The position numbers and the translations under genes are program-made. 64,000 nt of DNA from an uncultured delta proteobacterium. GTDB lineage: Bacteria; Myxococcota_A; Polyangia; Fen-1088. Location of the stretch: NCBI GenBank assembly GCA_963767925.1, contig CAVYGB010000008.1:2816001-2880000 (forward strand), written 5' to 3'. The notes under the pieces were generated by a model that was given only the letters and a program-made list of their open reading frames with translations, was not told the DNA's origin and searched no databases. Of the stretch, positions 11,665-21,437 are shown piece by piece. Each line of letters begins with the position of its first letter. The stretch's first letter is position 1.

Positions 11665-13850
11665 GCTTCCTCTACCCCCTGTTCCTGCTGGCCCTCGGCG
11701 GGCTGGCGGTGCCGGTCGTCCTGCACCTGGCCCGCCGGCGCACCCGGCGCGAGATCCCCTTCAGCTCCCTGCGTTTCCTCGACCCCAGCCCGCCGAAGTT
11801 CGAGAGCCGGCGCCGCATCGAGAACTGGCTGCTGCTGGTCCTGCGCTGCCTGGCCATCGCCCTGCTGGCCGGCGCCTTCGCCCGCCCCCTGTTCACCCGG
11901 CCGCTGCCGGGGATGACGGCGGCCGAGGGGCGCCGCCTGCTGGTGCTCGTCGACACGAGCGCCTCGATGCGCCGGGAGGGCCTCTGGTCGCAGGCGGTGA
12001 CCCGGGTGCGCGGCCACCTCGACGGCGCCGCCACGAGCGACCGGGTGGCCCTGCTGGCCTTCGACCGGCGCACCCGCCCGCTGATCCGGTTCGAGGAGTG
12101 GGCGGAGGCGACCGCCAGCGCACGTGCCGGGCTGATCGCCGCCCGCCTGGAGGCGGCGGCGCCCACCTGGGCGGGCACCGACCTGGGAGCGGCGCTGGTT
12201 GGCGCCGCCGAGGCGCTGCTCGACGACGAGGCCTCGCGCCGGGGCGGGCCGGCCATCGGCGAGCAGGTGGTGGTGCTGGTGAGCGATCTGCAGCAGGGCA
12301 GCCGGCTGTCCGCGCTGGGGGCCAGCGACTGGCCCCCGGGGGTCCGACTTGTCGTCGACCCGGTGGCCGACCCGGCGAGCGCCGGGGCGGGCGCCAACCT
12401 GGGCCTGGCGGCGGTGGCCGAGGCCCCCACCGGGGTGTCCGTCGAGCAGGCCGCGCCGAAGATCGGCGTGCGCGTCCTGGCCAGCGGGGAGCCCGGCAGC
12501 CGCGGCCGGGGGTCCCTGCGCTGGGAGACCGGACCCGATGGGGGCGCGGCGACCGCCCGGCCCCTCGAGGTGGAGCTCACCGCCGGCGAGAGCCGGGTGC
12601 TGCGGGTGGCGGGCCCGGCGGTCGGGCCGGGCGGGCTGTCGGGCGTGCTGGCGCTCACCGGCGACCCCCACCCCTTCGACAACCGGCTGGCCGTCGCCCC
12701 CAGCATCGCCCTGGCAGTCGAGGTGCTCTACCTCGGCAACGACGACGGCAAGGACCCCGGCGGCCCCCTGTATTTCCTCGAGCGCGCCCTGCCGGCGACC
12801 CGCAGCCGCGCGCCCCGGATCACGGCCCTGCGGCCGGGCGCGCCCGGCGCGGTCGAGGCGATCGCCCGGGCCCACCTGGTGGTGGTCACGGGCGATCCGC
12901 CGCCCGCGACCGTGGCGGCGCTGAAGGCCCACCTCGAGCGGGGACGGACGCTGCTGACCCTGCCCACCGGCGCGGGGGGCGGCCAGCTCCTCGGCGCGCT
13001 GACCGGGGCCAGCGGCAACCTGGCGCTGCGCGAGGCCCCGCCGGGGCGGGAGGTGGTCCTAACCGAGCTCGACCTCGGTGACCCGGTGCTGGCGCCGTTC
13101 GCCGACGGGCGCTTCAGCGACTTCACGAAGGTCCGCTTCTGGAAGCGGCGGCTGCTCGATCCCCGGCCCCTGCCCGGCGCGCGGGTGCTGGCCCGCTTCG
13201 ACGACGGCTCGCCCGCCTGGGTGACCGCCCGGGTGGGGCGGGGCCTGCTCTGGGTGATGACCTCGAGCTGGCACCCCGCCGACAGCCAGCTCGCCCTCTC
13301 CTCCAAGTTCGTGCCCCTGCTCTGGAGCCTGCTCGAGAGCAGCGCCGGGCTGGGCTCGGGGCAGGCCCAGTTCTTCGTGGGAGACGAGGTTGGGTTGCCG
13401 CCCTGGGCGGTCGCCGCGGGCGCGGGCCTGACCGTGCGCACCCCCGCGGGCACCCGCACGCCTCTGCCCGCCGGGGCGGCCGTCTTCGCGGGCACCGACG
13501 AGCCGGGCCTGTACGCCCTCGAGGCGCCCGGGCAGCCGGCCCTCGTGTTCGCGGTGAATTTGCCGCCGCCCGAGAGCGTCGTGGTGCCGATGCCGGTCGA
13601 GCAGCTCGAGCGGCTCGGGATCCAGCTCGCCGAGACCGGCACGGCGGCGCAGGCCAGCGCCACCCGGCCGGTGCCGGTCGAGGAGCGGCGGCGACGCTCG
13701 GCGTTTTTCCTCGAGCTCGAGGCGCAGCAGCGCACCTGGCGATGGCTCCTCGCGGCGGCCCTGCTCGTGCTGGTGGCAGAGACGCTGCTGGCGGGCCGCC
13801 TGCGGCGCCCGACCCGATCCCTCACACAGACTGCGGAGGAGGTCCCGTGA
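11661..13850 (+). CDS. BatA and vWA domain membrane protein
   Basis: N-terminal SFLYPLFLLALGGLAVPVVLHL (BatA), MIDAS motif DTSASM, VSDLQ and a C-terminal TM helix. Confidence 0.85.
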   Translation: MSFLYPLFLLALGGLAVPVVLHLARRRTRREIPFSSLRFLDPSPPKFESRRRIENWLLLVLRCLAIALLAGAFARPLFTRPLPGMTAAEGRRLLVLVDTSASMRREGLWSQAVTRVRGHLDGAATSDRVALLAFDRRTRPLIRFEEWAEATASARAGLIAARLEAAAPTWAGTDLGAALVGAAEALLDDEASRRGGPAIGEQVVVLVSDLQQGSRLSALGASDWPPGVRLVVDPVADPASAGAGANLGLAAVAEAPTGVSVEQAAPKIGVRVLASGEPGSRGRGSLRWETGPDGGAATARPLEVELTAGESRVLRVAGPAVGPGGLSGVLALTGDPHPFDNRLAVAPSIALAVEVLYLGNDDGKDPGGPLYFLERALPATRSRAPRITALRPGAPGAVEAIARAHLVVVTGDPPPATVAALKAHLERGRTLLTLPTGAGGGQLLGALTGASGNLALREAPPGREVVLTELDLGDPVLAPFADGRFSDFTKVRFWKRRLLDPRPLPGARVLARFDDGSPAWVTARVGRGLLWVMTSSWHPADSQLALSSKFVPLLWSLLESSAGLGSGQAQFFVGDEVGLPPWAVAAGAGLTVRTPAGTRTPLPAGAAVFAGTDEPGLYALEAPGQPALVFAVNLPPPESVVVPMPVEQLERLGIQLAETGTAAQASATRPVPVEERRRRSAFFLELEAQQRTWRWLLAAALLVLVAETLLAGRLRRPTRSLTQTAEEVP

Positions 13851-16800
13851 CCCAACCGTCCCTCAACGTTCAGCTCGGCGATCTCTTGCGGAGCGCGCTC
13901 GAGCCCCTCATGGGCCGCGAGCGACGCCGCCAGCTCCTGGCCGCCTGGGCGGTCGTCGGGGCAGTCGCGGCCGCGCTGGCGCTGGCCCTGCGGCTGGGCG
14001 AGGAGCACCGGGGCTGGGCGGTCGGGCCGCTCTGGTGGGTGCTCCTGGCCACCGCCGCGGCGGCCGCCTTCGTGGCTTGGCTCCGGGTCCGGCGCCGGTC
14101 CCTCGACGTGCGACGGGCGGCCCGGCTGGTCGAGGAGGCCAACCCCGAGCTGTCGGCCATCTTGTTGACCGCGGTGGCGCAGGCCCCGCGCGACGCGGGC
14201 GGTCGGCTGAGCTACATGCAGGAAGAGCTCGTGCGCGAGGCCCTGCGCCGCAGCGACCCGCGCTGGGCGGAGGCGGTCTCGCGCCGGCGGCTCAACCTGA
14301 CCGGCGCGGGGGCGGCGCTGGCCGGCGGGGTGGTGCTCTACTGCGCGGTAACCGCCCTCTGGCCCGACCTGCCCTCGCTGTTCGACGACGAATACGGGGC
14401 CCGGGTCAGCCCGGGGCACACCGAGGCCGAACGGGGCAGCAACGTCCTCGTGCTGGCCCGCTTCGACAAGAAGGTCCCCCCGGGGGCCACCTTGACCGTG
14501 CGCCGGCCCGGCAAGCTCCCCCTGCGGATCGAGATGCGCCGGACGCTCGACGATCCCGTGTTCGGCGCCATGACGCCCGCGCTCGACGGCGAGCGGGCCG
14601 AATATTTCGTGGAGTACGGGGGCATCCGCTCTCCGCGCTTCCGCATCTCGGTGTTCGAGATCCCGGAGGTCGACCGGATCGACGCCCGGGTCGAATATCC
14701 CCGGCAGCCGTCCCTGTCGGCCAAGGAGATCAGCGACACCCGTCACCTCACGGTGGTGGCCGGGGCGCGCGTCACCGTGAGCGTGCACCTCAACACGCAG
14801 GCCCGGGAGGTCGCGCTGGTCGGCGGCGAGGCCCAGCCCTTGCGGCTGGCCAGCCGGACGGGGAGCGACGGGCGCGTGTTCTGGGGCGTGCTCACGCCGG
14901 ACCGGACCCGCAAATACGAGATCCTCGTGCGCGACGAGAAGGGGCGCAGCAACAAGGTCCCCTCGCACCTGGTGGTCGAGATCAACCCCAACCAGCCGCC
15001 GCAGATCTCGCTGTCCTTCCCGGGCAAGGACCAGCGCGTGTCGCCGCTCGAGGAGCTGGCGCTCGAGGCCAAGGTCCGCGACGACGTGGGGGTCCTGGCC
15101 TACGGCATCAAGTACCGGCTGGCCGGCCAGCCCGAGAAGGACCTCCGGCTCGGTGGCGTGACCGACAACCGCAAGGCCGTCGCGGCACTTGTGGCCAAGG
15201 CGGCCATCTCCCTCGAGGAGCTGAAGGCGGCGCCCCACCAGCTCCTCACCTACCACTTCTGGGCCGAGGATCTGGACGCCGCCGGCAAGCGGCGCCGGTC
15301 GGGCAGCGACCTCTACTTCGCCGAGGTCCGCCCGTTCGAGGAGCGCTTCCGGGAGGCGCCGGCCGGCGGCCAGGGCGAGATGGGCGAGGGGGGTGAAGGC
15401 TCCCCCGCGGGAAAGCTCGCCCGGGTCCAGAAGGACGTCATGAACGCCAACTGGCGGCTCGAGCGCGACGCCCGGGCAGGGCGGCCCACCCCGGAGCTGG
15501 TCCCCGACGTGGAGACGGTGGTCACCGCCCAGAAAGGGGCCAAGCAGACGGCCGAGGAAATGCGCAGCGAGGTCGGCCACCCGCGCGCCCGGGCCGCGCT
15601 CGGCGAGGCCATCGGGGCCATGGACGAGGCGCTGAGCCGGCTGCGTGGCGCCACCGGCTCGGATCCGGTCGGCTCGCTGGTCAGCGCGCTGGAGGCCGAG
15701 CAGCGGGCCTTCGCCGCCTTGCTCCGGCTGGCCGAGGAGCAGCGGAACGTGAGCCGGCGCAAGGGCGGCGGCGGCGGCGGCGGGGGCGAGGCCAACCTGT
15801 CGGAGCTGTCGAACCTCGAGCTCAAGCAGAAGGACAGCCGCTACGAGACCCGCAGCGAGGCGGCCAGCGCGCGCAAGAAGGCCGGCGCGGCCGACCGGGA
15901 GTCGCTCAGCCGTCTGCAGGAGCTGGCCCGCCGGCAAAAGACGCTGGCCGAGCGGCTGCGCGAGACCCAGGCCGCCCTGGCGGCCGAGAAGGACCTCGAG
16001 GAAGAAGAGAAGCGCCGGCGCCTCAAGCGGCTGCGCGAGGAGCAGCAGGAGCTGCTGGCCGAGCTCGATCAGGTCGCCCGACAGCAGCAGCAGGGCCAGC
16101 AACAGGGGCAGAGCCCGGAGCAGGGGCAGAGCCAGGAGCAGGGCGAGCAGCGCGCCTCCGCGAACGAGCTCGAGCGATCCCGGCAGGAGGCGGCGGCCGC
16201 CAGCCAGGCGCTGGCCGAGGGCGAGATCGGGCGTGCGGTGGGGGCCAGCACCCGGGCGGCCCGCGAGCTCGAGCAGGCCCGCCGCGAGCTGGAGAGAGAG
16301 GTCGGCAGCCGGTTCGAGCAGCAGATGCGCGAGCTGCGCGAGGACGCCCGTCGGGTCGACGAGGAGCAGCAGCGGATCGGCCAGGCGCTCGGCGCCAGCA
16401 GCGGCGGGCAGCTCCCCAACCCCACCGAGGTGCGGCGGCTCGCCTCTGCGGCCGGCAAGCAGAAGGGGGAGACCCAGCGGCTGCTCGACAAGGTGCAGGA
16501 GCTGAGCAGCGAGGCCGAGCCGTCGGCGCCGCTGCTGTCGCGCAAGCTGTACGAGGGGCTGCGCAAGGCCAAGCTGGCCGAGGTCGAGAACGCCCTCGAC
16601 ATCACCGGCCAGCTCCTCGAGCGCAACCTCGCCGACGAGGCCCGCCAGACCGAGCAACACGCCCGCCAGGCCATCGGCGAGCTGCGCAGCAGCGTCGAGG
16701 AGGCCGCCAAGGGGGTCCTCGGCGACGAGGCCCAGGCGTTACGCCGGGCCAAGGCGGAGCTCGACGGGCTGGTGGCGCAGGCCGCGCGCGAGCGCGCGCA

Positions 16801-17488
16801 AGCGCAGGCCGGGGCCGAGGGGCAACCCGGGCAGCAAGGCCAGGGTCAGCCGGGCGCGCAGCCGGGGCAACCGGACGGGCAGCCTGGTCAGCAGGCAGGG
16901 CAGCAACCCGGGCAGCGCGGAGCCCAGGCCCAGGGGCAGCAGCCCGGGCAACCGGGACAGCAGGGCGGGCAGCAACCGGGACAGCAGCCCGGGCAGCAGG
17001 GGCAGGCCTCCGGGCAGCGCGGACGCGGGCAGCAGCCCGGGCAGGAGAGCGGCGGGGGCGGCGGCGAGACCGCCTCGCTGGAGGAGCCCTCCGGGGGCGG
17101 CGAGCCCTCGGGCGGCGGCAGCGGTGGCGGCCCCAACGGCGGCAGCGAGGCCCCCATCACCGGCGAGGGGTTCCGCAGCTTCTCGGACCGGCTGCGCGAC
17201 CTCGAGGACATGCTCGCCGACTCGCGCATGCGCAACCGGGCCGCCCAGGTGCGCGACCGGGCCCGGGCCATGCGCTCGGACTTCCGCAACAGCGGCAAGC
17301 GCCCGGTCCAGAATTTGTTCGAGCAGCAGGTCCTCACGCCGCTCACCGAGCTGCGCGAGACGGTGAACGAGGAGATCGCCCGCCTCGAGCAGGACAACAA
17401 GCTGGTGCCGATCGACCGCGACCCGGTGCCCGGCCAGTACTCCGAGCTCGTGCGCCGGTACTGGAAACGCCTCAGCGAGGGTCGATGA
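13847..17488 (+). CDS. Large membrane-anchored coiled-coil protein, DUF4175-like
   Basis: N-terminal TM helices, a beta-rich region (DDVGV, YHFWAED, SDLYFAEVRPFE), long coiled coils, Q/G-rich linkers and C-terminal PVPGQYSELVRRYWKRLSE. Confidence 0.75.
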   Translation: MTQPSLNVQLGDLLRSALEPLMGRERRRQLLAAWAVVGAVAAALALALRLGEEHRGWAVGPLWWVLLATAAAAAFVAWLRVRRRSLDVRRAARLVEEANPELSAILLTAVAQAPRDAGGRLSYMQEELVREALRRSDPRWAEAVSRRRLNLTGAGAALAGGVVLYCAVTALWPDLPSLFDDEYGARVSPGHTEAERGSNVLVLARFDKKVPPGATLTVRRPGKLPLRIEMRRTLDDPVFGAMTPALDGERAEYFVEYGGIRSPRFRISVFEIPEVDRIDARVEYPRQPSLSAKEISDTRHLTVVAGARVTVSVHLNTQAREVALVGGEAQPLRLASRTGSDGRVFWGVLTPDRTRKYEILVRDEKGRSNKVPSHLVVEINPNQPPQISLSFPGKDQRVSPLEELALEAKVRDDVGVLAYGIKYRLAGQPEKDLRLGGVTDNRKAVAALVAKAAISLEELKAAPHQLLTYHFWAEDLDAAGKRRRSGSDLYFAEVRPFEERFREAPAGGQGEMGEGGEGSPAGKLARVQKDVMNANWRLERDARAGRPTPELVPDVETVVTAQKGAKQTAEEMRSEVGHPRARAALGEAIGAMDEALSRLRGATGSDPVGSLVSALEAEQRAFAALLRLAEEQRNVSRRKGGGGGGGGEANLSELSNLELKQKDSRYETRSEAASARKKAGAADRESLSRLQELARRQKTLAERLRETQAALAAEKDLEEEEKRRRLKRLREEQQELLAELDQVARQQQQGQQQGQSPEQGQSQEQGEQRASANELERSRQEAAAASQALAEGEIGRAVGASTRAARELEQARRELEREVGSRFEQQMRELREDARRVDEEQQRIGQALGASSGGQLPNPTEVRRLASAAGKQKGETQRLLDKVQELSSEAEPSAPLLSRKLYEGLRKAKLAEVENALDITGQLLERNLADEARQTEQHARQAIGELRSSVEEAAKGVLGDEAQALRRAKAELDGLVAQAARERAQAQAGAEGQPGQQGQGQPGAQPGQPDGQPGQQAGQQPGQRGAQAQGQQPGQPGQQGGQQPGQQPGQQGQASGQRGRGQQPGQESGGGGGETASLEEPSGGGEPSGGGSGGGPNGGSEAPITGEGFRSFSDRLRDLEDMLADSRMRNRAAQVRDRARAMRSDFRNSGKRPVQNLFEQQVLTPLTELRETVNEEIARLEQDNKLVPIDRDPVPGQYSELVRRYWKRLSEGR
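16818..17046 (+). repeat. Coding GQPGQQ-type low-complexity repeat
   Basis: Repeated cagcccgggcag-like units encoding a Gly/Gln/Pro linker. Confidence 0.7.
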
Positions 17489-17510
17489 CGCCCGCCCGGA
17501 CCGGTCCCGC

Positions 17511-19823
17511 ATGAGCGCAGGCAACCTCAGCTTCGGCAACGCCGGCTGGCTCGAGCCAGTCCTCCTGCTGTTCGCGGTGGGGGTGATCGCGCTCGTCCTC
17601 GGCTACCGGCGGCTGCCGCCCGATCGGGGCCTGCGCTGGGCGCTCGCCCTCAAGCTCGCCAGCTTGACCCTGCTGGCCCTGGCGGTGCTCGAGCCCTCCT
17701 GGTCGACGCCCCAGGCCCGCCCGGGGGCCAACTTCTTCCTGGTGGTGGCGGACAATAGCCAGAGCCTCCGGCTCAGCGACCGGGGCGACCGCCAGAGCCG
17801 GGGGCAGCGGATGCGCGATCGCCTCACCGGCGACCCGACGCCCACCTGGCTCGGCACCCTCGGCGAGACCTTCCAGCTCCGCCGCTATCTGTTCGACGCC
17901 CGCCTGCGCCGGGTGCCCGACTTCGAGGCCCTGGCCTTCGACGGAGAGGCCTCTCACCTGGGGGGCGCCCTGCGCACGCTGGCCGAGCGCTACCGGGGGA
18001 CGCCCCTGGCCGGAATTTTACTGTTCAGCGACGGCAACGCGACCGACCTCGACCAGCGGCCCCCCGACACGACCGGGCTGCCCCCCATCTACCCGGTGGT
18101 GGTGGGCGGCGACGCCGCCCAGTCGGACGTGGTGCTGGCCCGGCTCGGCGCCAGCCAGACCGCCTTCGAGGACGCGCCCGTCACCATCGAGGCCCAGATC
18201 GACACCGCCGGCCAGTCGGGGCGCCGCCTCACCGTCGAGCTGCGCGACGATCGGGAACAGCTCCTCGAGTCCCAGCTCGTGACCGTGGCCAGCGACGATC
18301 AGACGGCCAACCTCCGCTTCCGGGTCAAGCCCGACCGCCCGGGCCTGCGCCCCTACCGGGTCAACGTGACCGGCGGCGTCCGCGAGGCCACCGCCGCCAA
18401 CAACAGCCGGGTGGTCCTTGTCGAGCGACCGCCCGGGCCCTTCCGGGTCCTCTACGTCGGGGGGCGGCCCAACTGGGAGTACAAGTTCCTCCGCCGGGCC
18501 CACGAGGCCGAGCGGCTGATCGAGCTGGTGGGGCTGATCCGGGTGGCCCGGCGCGAGCCCAAGATGGTGTTCGCCTCCCGGTTCGGAGAGGCGTCCAACC
18601 CCCTTTACCGGGGCTTCGGCGACAAGGGCGAGGAGGCCGAGCGCTACGACGAGCCGGTGCTGGTCCGCCTGGGCACCCGCGATGCTCAGGAGCTGCGCGA
18701 CGGCTTCCCCAGGGTGGCCGAGGTGCTGTTCGGCTACCACGCCCTGGTGCTCGACGATGTCGAGGCCGCCTTCTTCAGCGCCGACCAGCAAGCCCTCGTC
18801 GAGCGGTTCGTGAGCGAGCGCGGCGGCGGCCTGCTCATGCTCGGCGGCCAGGAGTCGTTCCGGCAGGGGGGCTACGAGCGCACGCCCATCGGCGAGCTGC
18901 TGCCCGTGTACCTCGATCGGCTGCCCCAGCAGGGCGCCGTGCCGCCGATGCGCTTCGACCTGAGCCGCGAGGGCTGGCTCGAGGCCTGGGCTCGCCTGCG
19001 CGACAACGAGGCGGCCGAGCGGAACCGGCTGAGCGCGATGCCGGCCTTCCGGGTGCTCAACCGCAGCCGGGCCCTCAAGCCGGGGGCCACCTTGCTGGCC
19101 ACGCTGGGCACCGGCGCCGCCAGCTACCCGGCGCTGGCCGCCCAGCGGGCGGGGGCCGGGCGCGCCGCCGCCCTCACCGTCGGGGACCTGTGGCGCTGGG
19201 GCATGCGCCAGGAGCCCGGGCAGGACGACCTCGGCAAGTTCTGGCGGCAGACCGTGCGCTGGCTGGTCAGCGACGTCCCCGCCCCGGTCGAGGTGCGCCT
19301 GACCCCCCACCCCACCGAGCCCGGCGCCCTCGAGGTCCGGGCGCGGGTGCGGGACAAGGCCTTCCGCCCGGCGGAGAACGCCACCTTGTTGCTCGAGGCC
19401 AGCGGCCCCGACGGCAAGCGCGCGCCGCTGGCCGCCGAGCCGTCGAGCACCGAGCCGGGCGTGTTCGAGGCCAGCTACACCCCGCGCGGCGCCGGCGTGT
19501 ACCGGGCCCACCTGCGGGCCAGCGCGGCCGATGGATCGTTCCTCGGCGACGCGGAGGCGGCGGTGGCGCTCGACCTGGCGGCCGAGGAGAACCGGTCGAT
19601 CCGGCCCAACCGGGCCCTGCTCGAGGACCTGGCCCGGCGCACCGGCGGCACGGTCGTGAGCCCGACCGGCCTGGACGCCTTCGTGCGCGCCCTGCCCGAC
19701 CGCCCGGCGCCCGTGCTCGACACGCGAACGCGGCCGCTGTGGCACTCCTGGATCGTGCTCTTGCTGGCGCTGGCTGGCTTCGCGCTCGAGTGGACCCTCC
19801 GCCGCTCGCGGGGGTTGCCGTGA
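17511..19823 (+). CDS. Membrane protein with vWA-like and glutamine-amidotransferase-like domains
   Basis: N-terminal TMs, DNSQSL, FSDG, GRPNWEYKFLRRA, GGGLLMLGG and a C-terminal PLWH...EWTLRRSRGL tail. Confidence 0.8.
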   Translation: MSAGNLSFGNAGWLEPVLLLFAVGVIALVLGYRRLPPDRGLRWALALKLASLTLLALAVLEPSWSTPQARPGANFFLVVADNSQSLRLSDRGDRQSRGQRMRDRLTGDPTPTWLGTLGETFQLRRYLFDARLRRVPDFEALAFDGEASHLGGALRTLAERYRGTPLAGILLFSDGNATDLDQRPPDTTGLPPIYPVVVGGDAAQSDVVLARLGASQTAFEDAPVTIEAQIDTAGQSGRRLTVELRDDREQLLESQLVTVASDDQTANLRFRVKPDRPGLRPYRVNVTGGVREATAANNSRVVLVERPPGPFRVLYVGGRPNWEYKFLRRAHEAERLIELVGLIRVARREPKMVFASRFGEASNPLYRGFGDKGEEAERYDEPVLVRLGTRDAQELRDGFPRVAEVLFGYHALVLDDVEAAFFSADQQALVERFVSERGGGLLMLGGQESFRQGGYERTPIGELLPVYLDRLPQQGAVPPMRFDLSREGWLEAWARLRDNEAAERNRLSAMPAFRVLNRSRALKPGATLLATLGTGAASYPALAAQRAGAGRAAALTVGDLWRWGMRQEPGQDDLGKFWRQTVRWLVSDVPAPVEVRLTPHPTEPGALEVRARVRDKAFRPAENATLLLEASGPDGKRAPLAAEPSSTEPGVFEASYTPRGAGVYRAHLRASAADGSFLGDAEAAVALDLAAEENRSIRPNRALLEDLARRTGGTVVSPTGLDAFVRALPDRPAPVLDTRTRPLWHSWIVLLLALAGFALEWTLRRSRGLP

Positions 19824-20860
19824 GGCGGCCGGGGATGGCCCTCGCCGTCGCGATGTCAGCGGCGGCGGTCGCGCTGGCGCCGGCGGGTCCCGCGCGCGCC
19901 TCGGGCCCGGGAGAGCCGGCCATCCTCCTGGTGCTGGGGGCCGAGGGGAACCCGGAGTACGGCGCCCGCTTCCGCAGCGCCGCCGAGCGCTGGCAAAAGG
20001 CCGCCGAGCGCGCAGGCGCACGCACCACCGTGATCGGCCTGCACGCGGGCGGCGCCGCCGACCGGCGCCGGCTGCAAGACGCCATCGGCGAGCTGGGGGC
20101 GGCGGGGCCGGATCCGCTCTGGCTGGTGCTGATCGGCCACGGCACCTTCGATGGTCGCACCGCCCGCTTCAACCTGCGGGGGCCCGACGTGGCCTCCGAC
20201 GAGCTGGCGGCCTGGCTGAAGCCGAGCAAGCGGCCCCTCGTGATCATCAACGCCGCCTCGGCCAGCGCGCCCTTCCTCGAGCCGCTGAGCGGGCCCGACC
20301 GGGTCATCATCACCGCCACCCGCTCCGGGTCGGAGAAGAACGCCACCCGCTTCGGGGGCTACTTCGCCGACGCCATCGCCGACACCGCCGCCGACCTGGA
20401 TCAGGACGGGGGCATCTCGGTGCTCGAGGCGTTCCTGTTCGCCGCCAAGCGGGTCGAGTCCTCCTACAAGGACGAGGGCCTGCTGGCGACCGAACACCCG
20501 CTGCTCGAGGACAACGGCGACGGCCGCGGCACCCCCGCCTCCTTCTTCAAGGGTCTGGCCCCGGGCCAGCGGGCGGCGGAGGCCGCCGAGCCCGACGGCC
20601 ACCGGGCCCACCAGCTCGCCTTGCTGGCCGCCTCGCCCGAGAAGGCCTTGCCGCCGGCCGTCCGCCGCCGCCGGGACGAGCTGGAGCTGAAGGTGCTCAA
20701 GCTGCGCGACGGCCGCGGCAAGCTCTCGGTCGACGACTACCACGCCCGCCTCGAGCCCCTCCTGCTCGAGCTGGGACGCCTCTACCAGCGCCACGACCCA
20801 CCCCGCCCCGCCGCCCCCGCCCGTCCGACGCCCACCCTGCCGGTTCCCTCCGACCCGTGA
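19820..20860 (+). CDS. Secreted hypothetical protein with a caspase/C13-like fold, last gene of the MoxR operon
   Basis: Signal peptide, LVLIGHG, IINAASASAPF, ITAT, DLDQDGGISVLEAF and EHPLLEDNGDG. Confidence 0.6.
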   Translation: MRRPGMALAVAMSAAAVALAPAGPARASGPGEPAILLVLGAEGNPEYGARFRSAAERWQKAAERAGARTTVIGLHAGGAADRRRLQDAIGELGAAGPDPLWLVLIGHGTFDGRTARFNLRGPDVASDELAAWLKPSKRPLVIINAASASAPFLEPLSGPDRVIITATRSGSEKNATRFGGYFADAIADTAADLDQDGGISVLEAFLFAAKRVESSYKDEGLLATEHPLLEDNGDGRGTPASFFKGLAPGQRAAEAAEPDGHRAHQLALLAASPEKALPPAVRRRRDELELKVLKLRDGRGKLSVDDYHARLEPLLLELGRLYQRHDPPRPAAPARPTPTLPVPSDP

Positions 20861-20909
20861 ACGGCGGGCGCCAGGGCGCGCAGCGGGCATGACAGGCGCG
20901 CGCCGGCAA

Positions 20910-20969
20910 ACGGACACGGCGACGGGTACGGCGACGGGCACGACAAGGGAAACGAAAACGGCAACGGCG
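20910..20969. repeat. Intergenic degenerate hexamer tandem repeat (ACGNNN) x10
   Basis: ACG recurs every 6 bp from 20910 to 20964, with one AGG exception. Confidence 0.7.
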
Positions 20970-21101
20970 CCACCGAGTCAGGGCCGGAGTCGACCGCTTC
21001 TTGACCGAAGCGTCGCGGCAAAAGTATACTTGGGTGGTTCGACGTACGGCTGCCGCCGGGCGTGTGGGGTCCCGGGGGCGAACGCGCAAGGAGGGAGCTT
21101 G

Positions 21102-21437
21102 ATGGTGCTGAACGTGGCCTGTCGCGACTCTGAGCTGAGCGGGTACGACCGAAGGTGGGTGGAGGCGTTCTCGCTGCGCCTCGAGCGGTACTTCACCGAC
21201 ATTCTCACCGTCGAGTGGGATCTCACCCAGGAGGGGAACGGCCATCTCGCGGTCTGCCGCGTGCACAGCCGGCAAGGATTTTACCGGGCCACTGCCCAGG
21301 CGAAGACCGCCCGGCACGCCATGCACACCGCGATCGACCGGCTGACCCAGCAGCGGCGGAAGGCAAAGAAGATGGCCGGCAGCGCGCGCCGGGAAGGGCG
21401 CGCGTCGATCGCCGCTCAGCCGAGAGCGATGCCGTAG
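21102..21437 (+). CDS. HPF/RaiA-family ribosome-associated protein
   Basis: RLERYF...A.A...MHTAIDRLTQQRRKAK pattern; RBS GGAGGGAG upstream of ATG 21102. Confidence 0.65.
   Translation: MVLNVACRDSELSGYDRRWVEAFSLRLERYFTDILTVEWDLTQEGNGHLAVCRVHSRQGFYRATAQAKTARHAMHTAIDRLTQQRRKAKKMAGSARREGRASIAAQPRAMP

Noticed and set aside
12728..16660. 1310-aa minus-strand ORF and many similar long overlapping ORFs
   Set aside because: Stop-poor antisense or alternate frames expected at very high GC. They have no motifs, and the opposite strand carries clear genes.
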